From positions 141,424,001 to 141,488,000 of the forward strand of contig NC_058368.1 of assembly GCF_018350175.1 (NCBI RefSeq): a DNA stretch of 64,000 nucleotides, written 5' to 3'. The position numbers and the translations under genes are program-made. The notes beneath the pieces were generated by a model. It saw only the letters and a program-made list of their open reading frames with translations, searched no databases and had not been told where the DNA came from. Of the stretch, positions 13,018 to 26,076 are shown piece after piece. This DNA is from Felis catus (taxonomy: Eukaryota). Positions within the stretch are counted from its first letter, which is position 1, and the number at the start of each line of letters is the position of its first letter.

Positions 13018-13495
13018 AACACCATACAGTCAGAAAAAAGGATGAGATCTTGTCATTTGAAACAACACTGATGGACCTAGAGAGTGTGATGCTGAGTGAA
13101 ATAAGTCAGACTGAGAAATACAAATACCATGATTTCACTCATGAGTGTAATCTTAAAAAATGAGTAAACAAACAAAAAGAAGAATCAGATTTAGAAATGC
13201 AGAGAACAAACTGATGGTTGCCAAAGGGGAAAAAGATAAGAGTATTGGGCAAAATGGGTGAAGGAGAGAAGGAATACAGGTTTCCAGTTATGAAATAAAT
13301 AAAACACAGGAATATGAGGCACAGCATAAGGAATACAGTCAAGCATATTGTAATAGCAATGTAACAGACAGATGGTAGCTACACTTGTGGTGAACAAAGC
13401 ACAATGTGTAACTTTGTCAAATCATTAAGCTGTACACCTGAAACTAACGTAATATTGTGGGTCAACTATACTCAAACAAAAAAATAGAAATGAAA
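12358..13495 (+). mobile_element. L1 3' fragment (ORF2 end and 3'UTR) with (CA)n at 12975-13015
   Basis: Peptide ..MDLESVMLSEISQTEKYKYH; 3'UTR ending CTGAAACTAACGTAATATTGTGGGTCAACTATACTCAA. Confidence 0.9.
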
Positions 13496-14185
13496 AATAA
13501 AAATCTATAGCTAAACATGAAATAATTCCCTCTGAAAAAGATGTGAAAACTAGCTGAACAGTCCTCCCCAAAACAGGATAAATGGACCACATCAAGATGG
13601 TGAAGTGGAGACTTGCCAAATACTCCATTCCCAGGGCAAAACCCCCTCAATCAGGAGGGATCTCACAAACACAAAGCTTCTCCTTGAAAAGTGAGGGGTT
13701 TGTGCACCACATCAGGCATCCCAAGTCTTAAGACCAGCATCAGATAGAGGAGTCCCAAAGTGGCTGCCTTTGAAAATCAACAGGGCTTACATCCAGGACC
13801 TGGATGTAACAACAGGGCTTACATCTCGACCATCAACATAAATGAAAAGGCAACCTACTGAATGGGAAAAATATTTGCAAATCATTTATTAGATAAGGGA
13901 TTGATACCCAAAACATATAAAGAACTCCTACAACTCAAGAGCAGAAAATAAAAATAAAAAAATAAAAATAACCCAATTTTAAAATGGCAAAAGATCTGAA
14001 CAGACATTGTCCCAAAAAAAGACATTCAGAAGGCCAACAGACAATTGTAAAAATGTTCACTATCACTGATCATCAGGGAAATGCAAATGAAAACCACAAT
14101 GAGGAGTTACCTCGCACCTGTTAGAATGGCTATTATCAAAAAACAAGAATGACAAGTGTTGGCTAAGATGTGGAGGGAAAAAAGA
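13496..14185 (+). mobile_element. L1 5'UTR-like fragment (to 13798) fused to L1 ORF2 3' fragment (from 13829)
   Basis: 5' part resembles a recalled L1M 5' end (GAGGGGTTTGTG..CACATCAGGCA); 3' part AAAAGGCAACCTACTGAATGGGA is typical ORF2. Confidence 0.7.
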
Positions 14186-14804
14186 ACAGTGCAAGGACTC
14201 CATCCACATCTTTAAAACCTACCAGATTCACTTCTTAGGGTTCCCTCTGCAGTGACTACTTCTGCTTATTATGCTTGTGCTTTCCAAAATATTAAAGAGC
14301 TATTCTCACCAGCACTGTGTCTTTGCAAAACTTGGAGAATCACTTTTGAAGCTGTTAAACTACATCAAAGAAATAAGCTCTGAAACTCTAAAAATATCAT
14401 CTATGTGTAATTTTGAAAGGCATATTACCATTACAGCTACTACATAAATATTAACCTAAAAAATACAATATAACATTTCTGGAGGAAATTTCAACCATCC
14501 CAGCTGAATCTAAAGGTTCTATTCTAAGAAAAGAAGTTTAATTAAAGTTTTGAAAAATTCATTATATCTTCTAAAATTAAATATTTTTTTATTTTAAAAA
14601 ATCATCTCATAAAACAGTATTTTTTGAATCATAATCTTTTAATTTACATAGATCTTATGTAGAAATTATGTTTAAAACATAAAATTCCAGATAACATTCT
14701 AGAACAAATTTACATCTATACCATTACATGTGAAAAAAATGGTTTCCACAGACAAAAAAATTGAAAACCATAGGTAACTGAGCAAAGACAATGAAAAAGT
14801 ATTT

Positions 14805-15013
14805 TAAAAAAATTTTTTAACATTTATTTATTTTTAAAAGACAGAGTGTGAGCAGGGGAGGAGGAGAGAGAGAGAGGGAGACATAGAATCCAAACCAGGT
14901 TCCAGGCTCTGAGCTGTCAACACCGTGCCCGAGGCAGGTCTTGAACCCACAAACCGTGAGACCATGATTAAGCCGAAGTCGGATGCTTAACTGACTGAGC
15001 CACCCAGGAGCCC
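14805..15013 (-). mobile_element. Can-SINE
   Basis: Reverse-complement SINE; TSD GACAATGAAAA. Confidence 0.95.
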
Positions 15014-15414
15014 TATGACAATGAAAACGTTTTTATAAAGCACCTACAAAATTTCAATTTAAGCAAACATTTATCATGCATTTAATATGGGAAAGGCATA
15101 GTCTAGAAGCTAGGGATATCATTATGAAATAAGACATAGGCTCTGCCCTCACAGACCAAAGCCTAAAAACAATAAATGATAGGTGGTGGTAGTGATGGTG
15201 GTGGTGTTTTGAATGTCTTAACTCCCCAGACCAAAAGGAATGTTTTGACTGTGTTTATAAAATGTACACAAATTAAGATGAAATGGTTTTGAAGTTATAT
15301 TAGATCAGTTTGTGAAGCCAGCAGTTATGATCAAACTTTATCTGATATTTTAACTGCTGTGAGCAATAACCAGAGATCATGGATCTAGTGATTTCTGAAG
15401 TGTTTTTCTTTCTG

Positions 15415-15527
<113 letters not shown>

Positions 15528-16689
15528 GAGTCATGGTGAATCTTAGCTGGACAAATTCTAAGTCAGGTCATGACTGTCTTGCTAAATTCCCCTTACAGTC
15601 TCAGCTGGACCCAATGTCCTTCATTTCCTATCCTAAATTGTCCTCTTTGTGTTCTATGTTCACTGTAGAGAAGAATTTTAGCTCTTAATTGTCTGGGGCC
15701 AGATTCTCCCACTCCATCTTCCCTTTCTGCACAGAACACTTCATGCTTATGAAACACTCTGAGCCTAGGGAGAAAGGTGCTGTACCCATGCAAAGGGTAG
15801 TTATTATTATTGATGTTTCTCATAAACACTGAGATTTAGAATGTCAAAAGTAATGTCAGACCCTAAGGTAACAACAAAGCTTTCTCTCTTGTAAAGCTAT
15901 TGCATTATGTTTGCTTTGATGTCAGTTATGTCTGTATTGTGCACAAATACCTCCATGTAGGCACAGCTCAGAGGCAAGAATAACTAGCCCAGAGGGCTAC
16001 TAACAAAGATTTTATTTTCTGCCACATCTCATCAGTTAAGTAGTTCCCACAGTGGTTACCTCAGTCACAAAAATACTAAGATGTTTAATGCCAAAATTAT
16101 AGGAAAAGGAACAGTTGGCCTAACTTCAACTGTTTATTCTGGCCTCACAAAAATTGTTTTTATTAATTTGTCCAGCCTTTAGCAGTCACCAACACTAATG
16201 AATAGCTGCAAAATGACAAGACCAAATTGTCTCTGCTCATAAATTAGGAGTACTATGATGTAGACTCATCAGCAGACCTTTAAATTATGAAAATTAGAAC
16301 AAATGAAGCCTACTCGCTAGGATTTGCCTGCCCAGTTCATGAGACCAGCTTAGTTCTACTGAGAAATGGGCCAGTGAATTTTTTTTATTTCCTCTCCCCT
16401 TATAAGGATGAATAATTCCATAGTCAAAATTTTTGTCCAAGGATTTCACTACCACAGTGAACCAGGGTCATCAAGATCTGAGCCAGATAAAGTTGAAAGT
16501 TATTGGTCTAATCAGTTTTTCATTCCTTGGAATACATGAGAGAATGCTACACTGTTTCATTGGCCTACTGCAAATATCCTCATTTACTATGTATACATAC
16601 AAGTTTATGCTTGTTTGTGAGGAAAATTCTATTTAGGACTTAGGTTCCAAGGAGCAAGCTCTTCCATAAGTCTTCTGATGATTAATTAG

Positions 16690-16860
16690 TCATTTCATTT
16701 CAGCATTTACTGAGATCCTACTCTGTGTGTGCAGTGCTGTGCTAGGTACTGAAGATAACAATATAAATATCTCCCCATGCTCAAAGAGTTGAGAACATAA
16801 TAGAAGAGACAGATATGTAAACAAAGCAAAACAGAATAAGAGTTCTAACAGATGCATAGG
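16690..16860 (-). mobile_element. L2 3' end
   Basis: CATTTCATTTCAGCATTTACTGAG..TGTGCTAGGTACTGAAGATACA. Confidence 0.65.
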
Positions 16861-16867
16861 CAAAGGG

Positions 16868-16868
16868 A

Positions 16869-16936
<68 letters not shown>

Positions 16937-17066
16937 AAAGAAAAGAAAAAGAAAAAGAAAAAGAAAAAGAAAAAGAAAAAGAAAAAGAAAAAGAAAAAGA
17001 AAAAGAAAAAGAAAAAGAAAAAGAAAAAGAAAAAGAAAAAGAAAAAGAAAAAGAAAAAGAAAAAAA
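16868..17066. repeat. Compound (GAAA)n-(GAAAAA)n microsatellite
   Basis: 200-bp pure purine tract switching from a 4-mer to a 6-mer unit near 16940. Confidence 0.98.
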
Positions 17067-17339
17067 TAGTGGCATTTGTCTGGGGATACCAGACAGAGAA
17101 GTCTCTATGGAAGATGTAGCAGTTAAGTTAGAAATAAGATTTCTAAAGTCAGAGAAGAGAAGAAAAAGAGCATTATGAACAAAGTCAAAAGGGGTTTAAG
17201 AATTAAGTAGTTCCGAATTGTATTTTAAAGGAGAAAGAACATTGAATTTTAAATCCCAAGACTGTTTTAGTTCCTGCCTCATCTCTTACTCTCTGTACAA
17301 AATTAGTTGATAAGAAAAGTGAGATTAGGGTTTACTTAA

Positions 17340-17453
17340 TAGAGATGTTATTCAAAATCTTTAACAACTGGTATGGCACATGACCAATCAAAACAAATAT
17401 TGGCTGTAATCAGTACAGACATTTTGGTGCATATAAAGTGAATACCAACTTAC
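17340..17453. mobile_element. Possible ancient hAT-type MITE
   Basis: Degenerate TIRs TAGAGATGTTATTCA ... TGAATACCAACTTA. Confidence 0.3.
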
Positions 17454-17524
17454 TTATATCTTCCCCTCCCCCGCCTCCCGTCTTCCCCACCTAGCATGTA
17501 GGTTCCATGAGAATAACCATTGTT

Positions 17525-17748
17525 TTTTGTTTTTTTTTTTTTTTTTTTTTTTTAATGCTTATTTCTGAGACAGAGAGAGAGCATGAGTCAGGGAGGGGCG
17601 GAGAGAGAAGAAGACACAGAATAAGAAGCAGGCTCCAGGCTCCGAGCTGTCAGCACAGAGCCTGATGCGGGGCTCAAACTCACAGATTGCGAGATCATGA
17701 CCTGAGCTGAAGTCGGACGCTCAACCGACTGAGCCACCCAGGTGCCCC
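17525..17748 (-). mobile_element. Can-SINE
   Basis: Long T tail; 15-bp TSD AGAATAACCATTGTT. Confidence 0.96.
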
Positions 17749-17789
17749 AAGAATAACCATTGTTAATCACTGTAATCTAGAAACGCACC

Positions 17790-18163
17790 AGGGATTTGTT
17801 TTTATCAGATATTATAAGGCACGAAAACACATAAATAATCGTCATGAGGGAAGACATTTATACTCACAGATACCTAGAATAATTTCAGAGGGCCTGGGCT
17901 ACAGGTCCTTAGTTGTCTAGTACTTGGTCCTAGAGTGATTCACGGCAAGTGAAAATATGTGCTTGGTGTGTGAGAATTTGACAAAGAGTATGTTGGCTGT
18001 GAGCTCTGGACTGGTTGCCTTGTATAGCAAAAGCAGGCTCACAGGGGAGGTATTTGCTACTTCCAGGAATTAGCCAGCATGGGAGAGACAAACTTTTCAG
18101 GATCAGGGTCCCAAATGCTAGAGCACCAAGAATACAAAAAATAAAATAACACAGTCAAATACA
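17790..18163 (-). mobile_element. MER74-like ERVL solo LTR
   Basis: Minus strand starts TGTATTTGACTGTG..TGTATTCTTGGTGCTCTAGCATTTGGG, matching the recalled MER74 5' end. Confidence 0.65.
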
Positions 18164-18605
18164 TATTGCTTTTGCAATGCCTGGTAAGTACAGAGACTCA
18201 TCAAATATTTGCTAAACGGGTAAGTGAATGAAAAATTTAAATGTGACTGAAGTATAAAATAGATGAAAATATGTGGTGAGATTAGAACAAAAAATGTATA
18301 TTGAAATCACATCAGAAGACCTGCATGTTATGCCAAGAAGCCAAGTCTTAAAACACATTTGGAAGTACTTATTGAATATATATGTGTCCTGTAATGAGGC
18401 CAGGATAAATACATTAGCCAATCAGTTAATGACTAGAAAACTGAATAAGTTTTTGTTTGCTTACTTTTTCCAGAAGTAGTTTTCATTATTACTATATACC
18501 ATCTGTAGACAAAAGTTGGAATTACCCATCTTCAAATATTAATGTCCTACCTCCAGAATGTCTTCCCTGATCAAGCTAATCCACCTCTTTAATACTGTTT
18601 TAGAG

Positions 18606-18750
18606 TAGTGCTTCTCAAACTTTAATGTGAGTCAAATTATGACTCAGAAGGTCTGGGGTGGGGTAGGGCTGATTCTGCCTCTTTTAATAAGCAACCAGGT
18701 AATACCTTTGTAGTTGGTCTATGGGTTGCACTTTGAGTTGCAAGTCTGTA
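18606..18750. mobile_element. MER5A-like relic
   Basis: TAGTGCTTCTCAAACTTTAATG..GGTCTGGGGTGGGG..CACTTTGAGTTGC. Confidence 0.65.
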
Positions 18751-18784
18751 GAGATTTTAGATGAATATTTTCTAATATTAATAG

Positions 18785-18960
18785 AGAGGTAATATAGTAC
18801 ATAGAGCTGGCTAAGAGCAAGAATGGGTTTGAATCATAGCTCTATTGCATCAGACAAGTTACTTCATCTCTCTAAGCCTCAGTTTCCTGTAAAATCATAA
18901 GAGCACTTACTTCATAGAGTTGGTCTAAAATTAGCACATTGCTTTGTACAACACCAAAAA
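18785..18960 (+). mobile_element. MIR
   Basis: GGGTTTGAATC..GACAAGTTACTTCATCTCTCTAAGCCTCAGTTTCCT core. Confidence 0.75.
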
Positions 18961-19599
18961 AATACAGCAATATAATAAAGATGATAATAATAATTATAGC
19001 AACAATAATAATAATAATGATAGTCTTCAGGACAGAAGGACATCCTCATAAACCAAGTTTGAATCCAAGAAGACTTCCTGACAGAGTGGTGGTCAGGAGT
19101 TTAAAATGTTACCTATCACCTCCCAAAAAAGAAATCTATAATGATCTGATTAAGATTCATTTTTCCTTCCTGGAATGAAAACAAGAATACGTTCTATTCC
19201 CCCTACATAACTAGGCCTTTTCAAAGAGAACACCGATTCACAGGATGAAACACAAGGTAAACGCTAACCAATCTTTAAGAGTATTTCCTAGCCTCCCTCA
19301 ACCCAGTAATGAGGAAAAAAGGAAGACACTTACTTGAGAGGGAAACGGTTATGGTATCCCATATTCCCTATACTCTGTAAAAGGAGGTGGGAGTGGGGTT
19401 GGGTGTCACTCTAGCAACTGGCAGGACCCTGTGGAACGAGTCTTGCTTTGGTAACCCTGTGGACATAGCTCAGCAGATACAATAGCACCAGCAGCAAGAC
19501 CCACAGCTGATACTGTTCCCTCAAGCTGACTCACGGAAATGGTCAAAGAATCTCAATTTTTAAATCTCAACTCTCACAACTTTTCAAGAGTGAATAGAT

Positions 19600-20192
19600 A
19601 TTTAGAGGCCAAGAAAGAGGGCTTCAACTACCTCCATTTTGACATGCATCTGTACTTTCTAATTGATTAAGTTCCTCCTTCCATCTTATCTCTTAACTCA
19701 GGCAAAAGACATGGAGGGCAAAGCCTCCAGTGATGGGAAATGAAACTAACCCCTCAAGCAAAAAGAACTGCCCTGAGGCAGCAAGACCCCTGAGTGATTG
19801 ACCCAAAGACAATGATCAACCTGACCTTCACTGCCCACCTGCATGTACCCAGAGACCTTTCCACATCTGCCTTATATGAACCTAAGGGTTGCCTGGCTGG
19901 CTCAGTCGGTGGAACACACGGTTCTTAATCTTAGGGTCATGAATGTGAGCCCCAAGTTGGGCATGGAGCCCACTTGCAAAAAAACAAACACAAAAACCTA
20001 GAAGTATTTTCAGCACTGTGGAGACATTGTATACCTAGAATGCTGTCTTCCTGGGGTGGGACTCACTGAAATAAATTCCTTTCTTGTTTCACTACCACTC
20101 CTATCTCTGTCTTTGGATTTTGTCAGCGGCGAGTGGCCAAACCTGGTCTATTTGGGACCCTGGAGCCAGGTGCTCTTGTACCCCTGGTTACA
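19600..20192 (+). mobile_element. ERV-like solo LTR containing a short Can-SINE (19886-19990)
   Basis: CTCCATTTTG near the 5' end, AATAAA at about 20070, ends ..GGTTACA; SINE head GGGTTGCCTGGCTGGCTCAGTCGG. Confidence 0.55.
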
Positions 20193-20557
20193 GCCATGCT
20201 GCCCAGGTCCAAGTAAACCAATAATACTTTTTAAATATATTGCTTAGAGTTTATATCATTCTTCCATGTCAAACAGTTTTGTGTCTAAATTCAACTGCTG
20301 CATTACAATCAAGTTGTATAAACCTCTTTTCACATTTAAGGCCTATGAGTTTCAACCAACGAAGGGGACAGTTTGACCATTAACAGCCTTTTTACAAATT
20401 AACAGAAGCAAGAGCAGCCAAACCATGGGGAAAAAAATTTTTCTTCCAAGACCTCTACTAAGATCCTGAGGTTTCCACTACCACTACAATATAAAGGATT
20501 TCTTGATTCTGTGAAGGTTATTTTACTAAGCTTGAGAAATGCAGTATCTGAAGTCAA

Positions 20558-20599
20558 CATACCTAAATGAAACTTTTAAAACCCATACCTAAATGAAAC
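20558..20599. repeat. 16-bp direct duplication (period 26)
   Basis: CATACCTAAATGAAAC at 20558 and 20584. Confidence 0.85.
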
Positions 20600-20761
20600 C
20601 CAAAAACCCCGTATTTAAGAATGCTCTTATAAGAAAAAGGAGGATAAAAACTCCTATCAACAAAATTTATGACTTTAGTATTTATAACAACAACAACAAC
20701 AACAACAACAACAAACCCAAAAGAATGGAACGAATCTTAACACTAACAAGTGAAAATTAAA

Positions 20762-21274
20762 GAAAAATATATAAAGAACTTACAAAACTCAATACCCAAA
20801 AAAAGCAAATAATCAAGTTTAAAAAGGGGCAGAATAGATCTTTGTCTGAAAGACATACAGACAGCCAACAGACATGAAAAGATGCTCAACATCACTCACC
20901 ATCAGGAAAATGCAAATCAAAACCATAATGTGGTATCACCTCACAACTGTCAGAAAAGCTAAAATCAACAACACAAGAAACAACAAGTGTTGGCAAGAAT
21001 ATGGAGAAAGGGGAACCCTCTTACACTGTTGGTAGGAATGCCAACTCATGCAGCCACTCTGGACAACAGTATGGAGGTTCCTCAAAAAGTTAAAAATAGA
21101 ACTACCCTATGTTCCAGCAATTGCACTACTAAGTATTTACCCAAAGAATATAAAAATACTAATTCAGAGGGATACATGCACCCCAATGTTTGCAGTAGCA
21201 TTATCTATAATAGCCAAATTATGGAAACAGGTCAAATGTCCATCAACTAATGAATGGGTAAAGAAGAATGTGGG

Positions 21275-21306
<32 letters not shown>

Positions 21307-21700
21307 GAATATTACTCAGCCATAAAAAGAATGAAATCTTGCCATTTGCAATGATGTGAATATTATGCAAAGCGAAATAAGTCTGTCAAAGAAAGACAAA
21401 TATCGTAAGATTTCACTCATTTGTGGAATTTAAGAAACAAAACAAAGCATAGAGGGAAAAAGAGAGAGACAAACCAAGAAATAAACTCTTAACTATAGAG
21501 AACAGATTGATGGATTGATGGTTACCAGAAGGGAGGTGGCGGTGGGCAGAGGATGGGTGAAATAGGAGATGGGGATTAAGGAGGACTTGTGATAAGCACT
21601 GAGTGCTGTATGTAAGTGTTGAATCACTAAATTGTACACATGAAACTAATATTATGTAGTATGTTAACTAACTGGAATTTAAATAAAAACTTAAAAAAAA
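20762..21700 (+). mobile_element. 5'-truncated carnivore L1
   Basis: ORF2 C-terminal peptide [20 protein letters not shown]; 3'UTR and AATAAA-A tail. Confidence 0.92.
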
Positions 21701-22475
21701 GGAAAAGAATATAATGCAGCTATTATTATGCTCACTCATTACCAGCTTCAACTTTTACAATACCTTGATTATACAATGAAAATAGCAACTGCATATGATT
21801 GTTGTAAGGAACATCTCCTACTTCTTGATAAAAAAAAAATTGTAAAAAAAAATTGAAGAGAAGCTATAACAGTACAAATGTGCCCATTTGTTTTAACATA
21901 TACTTTTGTGAATACAGCTATAGAGTAGATCCCCCCACACACTGAATACCTATATGAGATAGAGGATCTATTTATTTATATGCCCTTTGCTAATTTTGAA
22001 CCAAAGTATCTATCTTAGGTACAGAAATGATTTTAAATCATTGTGAATATTATTAAGGATAATTATAACCTTCACTTTAATTGCCTTCAAAAGAAAAATG
22101 AACATCCATTTCTAGACCAGACACCTGCGTGACTTCCTAATGAAAATATTAAAATGCTAAATTAAGTATCAAAACCTCTTTTTTTAAGGTCATCAGTGAT
22201 CTAGCAAGATACTAAATATTTAGAAGTCAAAACAAACTGAACATGAGAACTCACAGAGGAAAATGCAACACCAAAATCTAGTCTTCTCTTGAGAGTGTAT
22301 ACCTACTTAAATGACCTTGATCTTAGATTTCCACAGCCTCCCAGGAGCTGAGAGGAAGATAGAAAGGATGAGGGCTTGCTCAAGTTATAAAGCATAATAA
22401 GCGATTCCTTTAATATAGATGAGACACAGAGTGCTACACCTTCTGTGTAAGATATACTAAAAATAATTCCTGTCA

Positions 22476-22662
22476 GTTAAGCTCTCAACTCCTGATTTTG
22501 GCTCTGGTCATGATCCCAGGGTCGTGGGGTCAAGCCCCGCTTTGGGCTCCACTGAGCATGAAGCCTGCTTAATATTCTTTCTCCTTCTCTCTTTCTCTGC
22601 CTGCCCCTCCCCTTCACTGAGTGCACACACATGTGCATGCTCTCTGTCTCAAAAAAGAAAAA
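22476..22662 (+). mobile_element. Can-SINE (older, 5'-truncated)
   Basis: GGTCATGATCCCAGGGTCGTGGG..AGCCCCG, CT tract, A tail. Confidence 0.85.
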
Positions 22663-23972
22663 AACTCCCAATCCCCTTCCTCAAACCCACAAAGAGAACT
22701 GCAGGGAAAACTTCCTGATCTTAGTGCAGAATAAATGGAGAGTCAAAACACCAAACCAAAACCAAAGCCAAAAATAAAAACAACAAACACCTACCCAAGT
22801 ATTATTAATTGCAATTTGTCATGGTTTATATCCTGAATTCATATTATCTGGGCAATCTTAAAACACCTCAAGCCAAAAATTAAGTGGTCTCAGACATACA
22901 ATAGTAGGAAATATAAATCCTTTCTGAAGTAACTCACCTCCAAGGCAAGCTTCAAAGAATTACCACTATTGTAAGAAATAATCAACTCATACTCATCAAA
23001 ATTCACAAAACACTTAAGCACACAAGCTGCTATGAGTAAGAACCAATAGAAACAACAAAGAACAAGATCAAATGCATGAACACTTTAGGTATTAGAATAT
23101 CAGACACAGAATATAAGTATTTTAATATATTTAGTGAGAGAGAATTAAGGGTAAAAAAACAGAAGAAAATAAGTCATAACTAAATATTTGAAAAAGAACC
23201 AAGTATATAATAATTGAAATTTAAAATTCAATGAATTAATTCTATAGCAGATTAAAAAGAGGTAAAAAGAAAATTAGTGAACTAGAAGATGGATTACAGT
23301 AATTTATCCAATTGCAGCAGAATATTTCTACAAACCTAAAAAAGAGATGGAGAAAATATAAAAGAAAGGTAAAAGACATGGAGCATGGAGTAAGAAGGTC
23401 TAACATACATGTGATCATAAAGACAAAAGGATAAGTTTGTTTAAAAAGTATATACTTCAGATAAAATGAAAGTTGTCTCAAATGGAAGGTCTTACATGAA
23501 AAGAAAATGGTAGATGTGTGATTAGATTTAAACAAACGCTACTTCTTTAAAAATAGCAATGTTTTACTGAGCTAAATAAAAAAGATAAATTTATAATCCA
23601 TAACAACATAACATAACAGCATGTAAGTCAGAGCATATAACCAGGAATGATGTGATTTTAAAAGATGGGTAAATATAATAATTAATGTTAGATTTTCATA
23701 AGGTAGAATTCAAAAGCTAATTCTAGAGTAACTATCAAAATAAAAATAATAGAGCATAAAATGTCTTAACTAATAAGGGAGATATTAATTGAAAAACAAT
23801 ATGCTACTGATTCAGAGGAGAATGAGAAACAATAGGTAGGACAAATAGAAATCACTAAATAAAACTATCAAAATCAACCTAATTATATAAGTGTATTTAA
23901 TATAAATACAAAAGGACACACAAGAATCAATTACACTAATGAACATATCAAAACTGAAATTATAAACAAGAC

Positions 23973-24160
23973 GGGGCACCTGGGTGGCTTAGTCGGTTAA
24001 GCGTCCAACTTCAGCTCAGGTCATGATCTCTGGTTGGTGAATTTGAGCCCCACATCAAGCTCGCTGCTGTCAGCGCAAAGCCTGCTTTGGATCCTCTGTC
24101 CCCTTCTCTCTGCCCTTCCCCCACTTGCACTCTCTCAAAAACAAATATTTTTAAAAAACA
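23973..24160 (+). mobile_element. Can-SINE
   Basis: GGGGCACCTGGGTGGCTTAGTCGG head, CT tract. Confidence 0.92.
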
Positions 24161-24177
24161 ATACATTTTAATTAAAA

Positions 24178-24231
24178 ACTTGCTTATACACTTATATACT
24201 TGCTTATACACTTATATACTTGCTTATACAC
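24178..24231. repeat. 20-bp tandem repeat x2.7
   Basis: Perfect unit ACTTGCTTATACACTTATAT. Confidence 0.95.
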
Positions 24232-24257
24232 AATCTATATGCTAGAAACTACCAAAT

Positions 24258-24484
24258 GTTTTTTTTTTTTAATTTTTTTTTCAACGTTTATTTATTTTTG
24301 GGACAGAGAGAGACAGAGCATGAACGGGGGAGGGGCAGAGAGAGAGGGAGACACAGAATCGGAAACAGGCTCCAGGCTCTGAGCCATCAGCCCAGAGCCC
24401 GACGCGGGGCTCGAACTCCCAGACCGCGAGATCGTGACCTGGCTGAAGTCGGACGCTTAACCGACTGCGCCACCCAGGCGCCCC
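24258..24484 (-). mobile_element. Young SINEC_Fc
   Basis: CpG-rich near-intact copy; TSD CCAAATGTT. Confidence 0.97.
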
Positions 24485-24921
24485 CCAAATGTTGTTTTTT
24501 AAAAGTCAAAGAAAACTAAAATAAATGGAGAGATATATGATGTTCATGAACCTGAAGACTCATTATAATTAAAATGTCAATTCTCCCCAAATTGGTGTAT
24601 AGTTTATGCATATTGGTGTATGCAATTCCTATCAAAATATTAGCAAGGTTTTTCTCATAGACAAGATTATTCTAAAATCTATATGGAAAGGTAGAGGCCC
24701 TAGAGTAGTTAAAATAATCTGGACAGAAGAAATGGGAGAAATTATTCTGCCTATATTTACTATATAGCTACAGTAATCAAGACAGTGTGGTATGGGCAAA
24801 GAAACAAACACATAAATCAAGAGAACAAAATGGAAAATCCAGAAACAGGCCGATGCATATACGCTATACTGACTTTTAACAATGGTGCAAAACCAGTTCC
24901 AGGAAGGAAGCATAGCCTTTT

Positions 24922-25293
24922 TTTTTTTCAATACTGCTTTAAAAAAAAATTAGAGTTTATTTATTTATCTTGAGAGAGAGAGAAAGCACGAGCAGGGTAG
25001 GGGCAGAGAGAGGGAGAGAGAATTCCAAGTAGGCTCCATGCTGTCAGCCCAAAGCCTAACTCAGGGCTCAAATTCACGAACTGCGATATCACGATGTGAG
25101 CCAAGATCAAAAGGTAACTGATCATCCAGTTGATGATGTCCGCTCAGATCTTTCCAGTAATGTATGAATGACCCATTTTCTCTGCATCCTTGCCAGCATT
25201 TGGTATTAATATGTTTTATTTTAGTCATTTTGATGTATGTAGTAATAGCTCATTTTGGTTATTAAATTAACTGACTGAGTCATCCAGGTGCCC
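24922..25293 (-). mobile_element. Can-SINE interrupted by a ~154-bp insertion
   Basis: TSD AGGAAGCATAGCCTTTT (24905 and 25299); SINE body split at 25112/25267. Confidence 0.9.
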
Positions 25294-25840
25294 TTAATAG
25301 GAAGCATAGCCTTTTCAAGAAATTATACTGGACAACTGTACATGCATAAGCAAAGAGAGAGATAACTTGGACCTAAACTGCACATCTTATATAAAAATTA
25401 GCTCAAAATGGATCACAGATTTAAATACAAAATGTGAACCTATAAAACTTTTAGAAAATCAACTAAGAGAAAATTATCAGGACCTGGGACTAAGCCTATA
25501 GATCTCAGACTTGACATCAATGATCCATAGAAGGAAAAAGTGATAAAATGAGCCACAATGAAATTAAAACTTTTGTTCTGTGTAACCCAGGTGAAGAGAA
25601 TGAAAAGACAAACTACAGACCAGGAGAAAATATTTACAAATCAGGTACCTAACAAAGGACTAGCATTCAGAATATATAAAGCACTCTCAAAACTCAATAG
25701 TGAAAAACAAACAATTCAGTTAGAAACTGGACAAAAAAAATTAAAGCTTTATTTAAGAAGACATAGGATGTAAAATAAACACATGAAAACATGTTTAACA
25801 TCATTAACTATTAGGGAAATTTAAATTAAAACCAAAATGA

Positions 25841-26076
25841 GGGGCGCCTGGGTGGCGCAGTCGGTTAAGCGTCCAACTTCAGCCAGGTCACGATCTCGCG
25901 GTCTGGGAGTTCGAGCCCCGCGTCCGGCTCTGGGCTGATGGCTCAGAGCCTGGAGCCTGTTTCCGATTCTGTGTCTCCCTCTCTCTCTTCCCCTCCCCCG
26001 TTCATGCTCTGTCTATCTCTGTCCCAAAAAAAAAAAATAAAATAAAAACGCTGAAAAAAAAAATTAAAAAAAAAAA
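25841..26076 (+). mobile_element. Young SINEC_Fc
   Basis: GGGGCGCCTGGGTGGCGCAGTCGG head, CpG-rich, long A tail. Confidence 0.97.

Noticed and set aside
11107..13495. Head-to-head L1 pair as a twin-priming product
   Set aside because: Each half has its own, different 3'UTR and they overlap in ORF2 with substantial divergence, so these are two insertions
16852..17178. 108-aa KE-rich ORF and its antisense FS-rich ORF
   Set aside because: Translation of the (GAAA)n/(GAAAAA)n microsatellite; the same applies to 52045-52296
24178..24231. Short direct repeats as a CRISPR-like array
   Set aside because: Head-to-tail tandem units without spacers, in mammalian DNA
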